Part shown: one piece after another, positions 37,673 through 41,249 of the stretch
How the letters are laid out: every line of letters begins with the position of its first letter
How positions within the stretch are numbered: position 1 is the first letter of the stretch
NCBI GenBank assembly: GCA_042217585.1
Contig: JBDGSJ010000012.1
Coordinates: 1 to 41,249 of the forward strand
Origin: Candidatus Nanohaloarchaea archaeon
Lineage (GTDB): Archaea; Nanohalarchaeota; Nanosalinia; Nanosalinales; Nanosalinaceae
DNA length: 41,249 nt
Reading direction: 5' to 3'
The notes under the pieces: model-generated
Database searches by the model: none
The model's input: only the letters and a program-made list of their open reading frames with translations
Told to the model about the DNA's origin: nothing
Position numbers and translations under genes: made by a program

Positions 37673-37724
37673 GACTCTAACTTCTGGTGCTGTATTCAAA
37701 AGCCTTCAGACCGAACACCGGTCC

Positions 37725-39665
37725 ATGTGCGGAATAGCAGGGGGAGAGAAAGCAGAGAAGCTGGTCGGTCACCTGGACCACAGAGGCGGGACCACGACCT
37801 GCACCGGAGAGGGTATGCCGCTGGGACACGTGCTCCACTCCGTCGTCGGACACGTCGAACAGCCCCTGAAGGGCAGGGGCGTCCTCGCCGCGAACTGTGA
37901 AATATATAACTGGAAAGAACTGGCCGGGAAACACGGCATCGAGGCCCGGAACGACGCGGACCTCCTGCTGGAACTGCTGGACCAGAAAGGGGTCGAGGCG
38001 CTGAAGGAGCTGGACGGGGTCTACGCCCTCGCCTACATCCGGGACGGCGAACTTGTACTGGCCCGGGACCTGCTCGGGGTCAAACCGGTCTGGTACTCGC
38101 CAGGGGACTTCCACTTCGCGTCGGAGAAACAGGCGCTGGAGAAGGAGGGCTTTGAGGCCCGTGAACTCCACCCGAGAAAGATACTCCGGTACGACCTCGA
38201 ATCGGGCGAGATAACCCTGGAGGACCGCGAGTTCTTCGAGGTCGACGTCGAGGAGAAGGACGTCGAGGAGGCGGCGGAGGAGGTTAAGGACCGTTTCCTG
38301 GACGCAGTAGAGAAGAGGGTTCCCGATGGAGAGGTCGGGCTGCTGTTCTCGGGCGGAGTGGACTCGACGATGATAGCCGCAGCCCTGGAAGAGCTCGGGA
38401 CAGATTTCACGTGTTACACCGCAGGCATACAGCACGGGAACGTTGACTCCCCGCGGGATATGGACTGGGCAGAGATGGTCGCCAGCGACATGGGACTGGA
38501 CCTCGAGTCGTACGAGGCGACGCTGGAAGAGGTTGAGGAGGAACTTCCCAGGATAGCGGACTGGATATCCTCCACCAGCGTCGTGAAGAACGGCGTCGCA
38601 CTGCCGTTCCACTTCGCCCTGAAGAACTCCCGCGGCGAGAAGGTCCTGCTCTCCGGACTGGGCTCGGAACAGCTCTACGCCGGGTACCACCGCCACCAGG
38701 GATACCTGAACCGTGAATGTCTCTCCGGCCTGAGGACCATCTTCGAGGGCGACCTCTACCGCGACGACGTGGTATCGATGAGGAACGGCTACGAACTCAG
38801 GGTCCCGTTCCTGGACCACGAACTGGTACGCCACGCCCTCACCATAGACGCCGACATGAAACAGAGGGACGGCTACCGGAAGTACGTGGTCAGGAAGGCC
38901 GCAGAGAAGCTTGGAGTGCCGGAGGAGGTCGCCTGGCGGAAAAAGACCGCGGCCCAGTACGGCTCCAACTTCGACAAGGCGATCTCCCGGCTCGCGAAGG
39001 ACTCAGGTTTCGACCACAAGCAGGAGTACCTGAACTCGTTCAGGGACCGGCCGAACAGGAAACTGGCCGGGCTTACCTCGGGCGGAAAGGACTCGAACGC
39101 CGCGGTCTACAGGATGAAGAGGAGGAACAACGAGATAACCTGTCTCCTGAACCTCCAGAGCAGGAACCCGGACAGCTACATGTTCGACCCGAAGGAAGAG
39201 GAGACGGTCCGCGAACAGGCAGAGAAGCTCGGGATACCGCTGATCGTCCAGCAGACCGATGGCGAGAAGGAGGAGGAACTGGAGGACCTGGAGAGAGGTC
39301 TGAGGAAGGCGAGGGAACAGTACGGCGTGGAAGGTGTCGTCGCGGGCGCACTGGCCTCCACGTACCAGAGGGACCGCGTCGAGGAGGTCGCCGAACGCGT
39401 CGGCCTGAAGGTCTTCGCCCCTCTCTGGAGAGAGGACCAGGAGAACTACATGAAGTGGCTGGTCCGTGAAGGATTCAGCGTCGAGATAACCGAGGTCGCG
39501 GCACGGGGACTGGACGAGAGCTGGGAGGGAACAGTGCTGGATATGGAGAAGGTGGAGGAACTGGTAGAGCTGTCACAGGAGTACGGCTTCAACGCCGCGG
39601 GAGAGGGCGGCGAGTACGAGACAAGGGTAGCGGAGTTCCCGTCAGGTATGACGGACCGGAGATAA
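37725..39665 (+). CDS. Fusion: asparagine synthase (glutamine-hydrolysing)-like region plus diphthine-ammonia ligase (Dph6)
   Basis: N-terminal MCGIAG, NCEIYN, LARDLLGVKP, LFSGGVDS, RVPFLD; second PP-loop SGGKDS, SYMF, GALASTYQ, PLW, GEGGEYET. Confidence 0.9.
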   Translation: MCGIAGGEKAEKLVGHLDHRGGTTTCTGEGMPLGHVLHSVVGHVEQPLKGRGVLAANCEIYNWKELAGKHGIEARNDADLLLELLDQKGVEALKELDGVYALAYIRDGELVLARDLLGVKPVWYSPGDFHFASEKQALEKEGFEARELHPRKILRYDLESGEITLEDREFFEVDVEEKDVEEAAEEVKDRFLDAVEKRVPDGEVGLLFSGGVDSTMIAAALEELGTDFTCYTAGIQHGNVDSPRDMDWAEMVASDMGLDLESYEATLEEVEEELPRIADWISSTSVVKNGVALPFHFALKNSRGEKVLLSGLGSEQLYAGYHRHQGYLNRECLSGLRTIFEGDLYRDDVVSMRNGYELRVPFLDHELVRHALTIDADMKQRDGYRKYVVRKAAEKLGVPEEVAWRKKTAAQYGSNFDKAISRLAKDSGFDHKQEYLNSFRDRPNRKLAGLTSGGKDSNAAVYRMKRRNNEITCLLNLQSRNPDSYMFDPKEEETVREQAEKLGIPLIVQQTDGEKEEELEDLERGLRKAREQYGVEGVVAGALASTYQRDRVEEVAERVGLKVFAPLWREDQENYMKWLVREGFSVEITEVAARGLDESWEGTVLDMEKVEELVELSQEYGFNAAGEGGEYETRVAEFPSGMTDRR

Positions 39666-40031
39666 TATCAGGCTGTCGCCGTCCTCCAGTCCGAGTTCAT
39701 CCCTCAGTTTCACCGGGGCGACGATCTCCGCGATGCTCAACGGGTGATCGGTCTTCTCCAGCCTCAGCAGGCCCGCCCTGATGCCACGGACCTCCACCGG
39801 AGTAACTTCTACGTCGCTGAGCCGGTCATCTCCCTCGTAAACGTCCTCTATGCTGCGGGATTCAGTCTCTTTCTCGAAAACTTCTCTCTCCTCAGAGTCC
39901 ACCTCGAGGTTAAGGGTGCCGGGAAACGGCCTGAAGCCGAGGACCTCCTCGAACCGGTCCTGGTAGACCTCCTTCCCGATGTAGTCCGCTCCCTCGCCTA
40001 TGCCCTCAGTGACCTCTCCCTCGAGCTCCAT
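39642..40031 (-). CDS. ribK: CTP-dependent riboflavin kinase (DUF120), no N-terminal HTH
   Basis: GEVTEGIGEG, LGFRPFPGTLNL, EIVAPVKLRDELGLEDGD. Confidence 0.9.
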   Translation of the reverse strand: MELEGEVTEGIGEGADYIGKEVYQDRFEEVLGFRPFPGTLNLEVDSEEREVFEKETESRSIEDVYEGDDRLSDVEVTPVEVRGIRAGLLRLEKTDHPLSIAEIVAPVKLRDELGLEDGDSLILSPVRHT

Positions 40032-40053
40032 ACGGTTGTTCAGCCCGCCGGAG

Positions 40054-40330
40054 TTAAACCATTAACGCGACGAGGAACGCCACCAGTATCGCAAGTGTGA
40101 GGAGGAACTGGACCGCCGCCGAGGCCAGCATGCCCGCGGTCGCGTAGAACGCGGCGTCCAGACTTCTCCCGCGGTCACGGGTCCTGAGGAATTCGGACAG
40201 GAAGACCGTTGACGCCACTCTGAGTACTATGCCGAAAGGACCGGCCACGAAGAACAGCAGGAAGCCTACCGCTCCCGCCGCCACCATGGTCCTGTTCGAG
40301 GCACCGCCCGCCCTCGCCGAGACAGCGCCG
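40054..40330 (-). pseudogene. C-terminal half of a DUF456-type membrane protein gene, 5' part missing
   Basis: Frame reads GAVSARAGGASNRTMVAAGAVGFLLFFVAGPFGI...AAFYATAGMLAS...; resembles haloarchaeal DUF456 C-termini as recalled. Confidence 0.6.
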
Positions 40331-40676
40331 CAAGCACCACAGGAGGGAACGCAGCGGCGGATAGAGCAAAGACGAACCTGAGCCCGAGCACGGAAACCAC
40401 GTCACCCATCAGCGGGAACAGGACGAAGGCGACAGAGGGCAGACCTATGCCCGCCAGCAGGAAAGGACGTTTCAGCCCTGATTCGTCGGACATCGCTCCC
40501 CAGAGCGGTGCAAAGAAGAACATCCCGCTCCAGAGGACCGCCTCAGCAAGGCTCACCTCGAAGGAACTGGCGCCCAGGCTGTCCATGTACAGCTGGAGCG
40601 CGATACCCGAACCCATGAAAAGCGTCATGTGGAGCAGGTTCGGCAACACAAGCGGAAGATTCTCCCGGTATTTCAC
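40266..40676 (-). pseudogene. Truncated MFS transporter (about TM1-TM4 only)
   Basis: GTG start KYRENLPL; motif-A-like PLWGAMSDESGLKRPFLL; TM4 LRFVFAL; then out-of-family tail and stop. Confidence 0.7.
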
Positions 40677-40844
40677 CGGTTCGAATGAACGCGTGAGTGT
40701 CTTAATTCTTTGGTCCGGGAGAAAAGGAGCTGGCGGAAAAAGCGCTGGAAATGGGATCTCTGGGCAGTAATTTATCTGCCGCTGATATAAAGTTTCGGCA
40801 AAGTTAAAAACCGCCTCTCGGCTTAACAACGGAGAGGGGAAAGT

Positions 40845-41189
40845 ATGGTAGCACAGACCGCCTACGCGGAACAGGAAAAGGACAGAAACACCGGAGAAAT
40901 CACGGGGGAAGCGCTCGAAGAAGACGGGAGAGGCTGGAGCTTCGGGATGCTGACCGCGGAAGGCAAGGAAGCCCGGCGGATAGCCGACGACCTCGGCGAA
41001 CTCTACATCCAGGAAACCCGGGAATGGGAGGACAGGGAACACGAATACGAGGTCCGTTACCGGGAGGGAAGACTCGGACCCGGCGAGACCCTGAGATACG
41101 GTGAGTTCGACGACCTCGCCAGGGCGCACGAGTACGCCGAGCTGGTCCGCGAGGGCGAGGCAGAGGTCGAGGACCTGCTCGGGTCCTGA
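40845..41189 (+). CDS. Hypothetical acidic protein
   Basis: 114-aa ORF with GGAG-rich upstream region and host-like composition. Confidence 0.6.
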   Translation: MVAQTAYAEQEKDRNTGEITGEALEEDGRGWSFGMLTAEGKEARRIADDLGELYIQETREWEDREHEYEVRYREGRLGPGETLRYGEFDDLARAHEYAELVREGEAEVEDLLGS

Positions 41190-41227
41190 AGATGTTTGGG
41201 GCCAGACCCCGCGTTTGTAGAAAGGTT

Positions 41228-41249
41228 TGGGCCAGACGGGATTTGAACC
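41228..41249 (-). tRNA. 3' end of a tRNA cut by the window edge (identity not determinable)
   Basis: Minus strand GG-TTCAAAT-CCCGT-CTGGCCC-A gives T-loop, T-stem, acceptor 3' strand and discriminator A. Confidence 0.85.

Noticed and set aside
19385..38834. Long alternative ORFs, e.g. 19385-20323, 20975-22141, 25275-26516, 33017-34024, 37677-38834
   Set aside because: They are antisense shadows of well-identified genes; GC-rich, acidic codon use leaves few stops on the reverse strand, and the products are V/L-rich with no motifs.
40677..41129. N-terminal 151 codons of the 287-aa ORF 40266-41129
   Set aside because: This part is antisense to the 40845-41189 gene and crosses an AT-rich intergenic region; MFS-like sequence starts only near GTG 40676.

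Overview
Archaeal chromosomal window. It most likely comes from a halophilic DPANN archaeon (Nanohaloarchaeota-like): cytoplasmic proteins are very acidic, RpoB is split, gene packing is extremely tight, and a class III signal-peptide pilin is present. The core is the minus-strand rpoH-rpoB''-rpoB'-rpoA'-rpoA''-nusA-rps12-rps7-EF2-EF1A-rps10 cluster, interrupted at three joints by extra genes: (i) a Zn-ribbon membrane protein plus an ABC1/UbiB kinase, (ii) a Rag/Gtr-like GTPase fused to a roadblock-like domain, and (iii) a 1190-aa triple-PA14 adhesin plus a type IV pilin and a small hypothetical gene. The left ~10 kb is a cell-surface cluster (Ig-repeat protein, three paralogous lipoproteins, a related 712-aa membrane protein) with EndoQ and DUF63, followed by pelota, HtrA, NUDIX, small membrane proteins and tRNA-Ser(TGA). 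The right end carries RadC, NucS/EndoMS, a GT2, an AsnB-Dph6 fusion, riboflavin kinase, an MFS/DUF456 chimeric pseudogene and the 3' end of a tRNA. The best candidate for a new system is an FN3 domain apparently split between two overlapping genes. The anchorless adhesin ends in an FN3 lacking strand A, and the pilin ends in an orphan FN3 strand A, suggesting donor-strand docking of a lectin onto a type IV pilus. All family calls come from motif recognition by eye; no searches were run.
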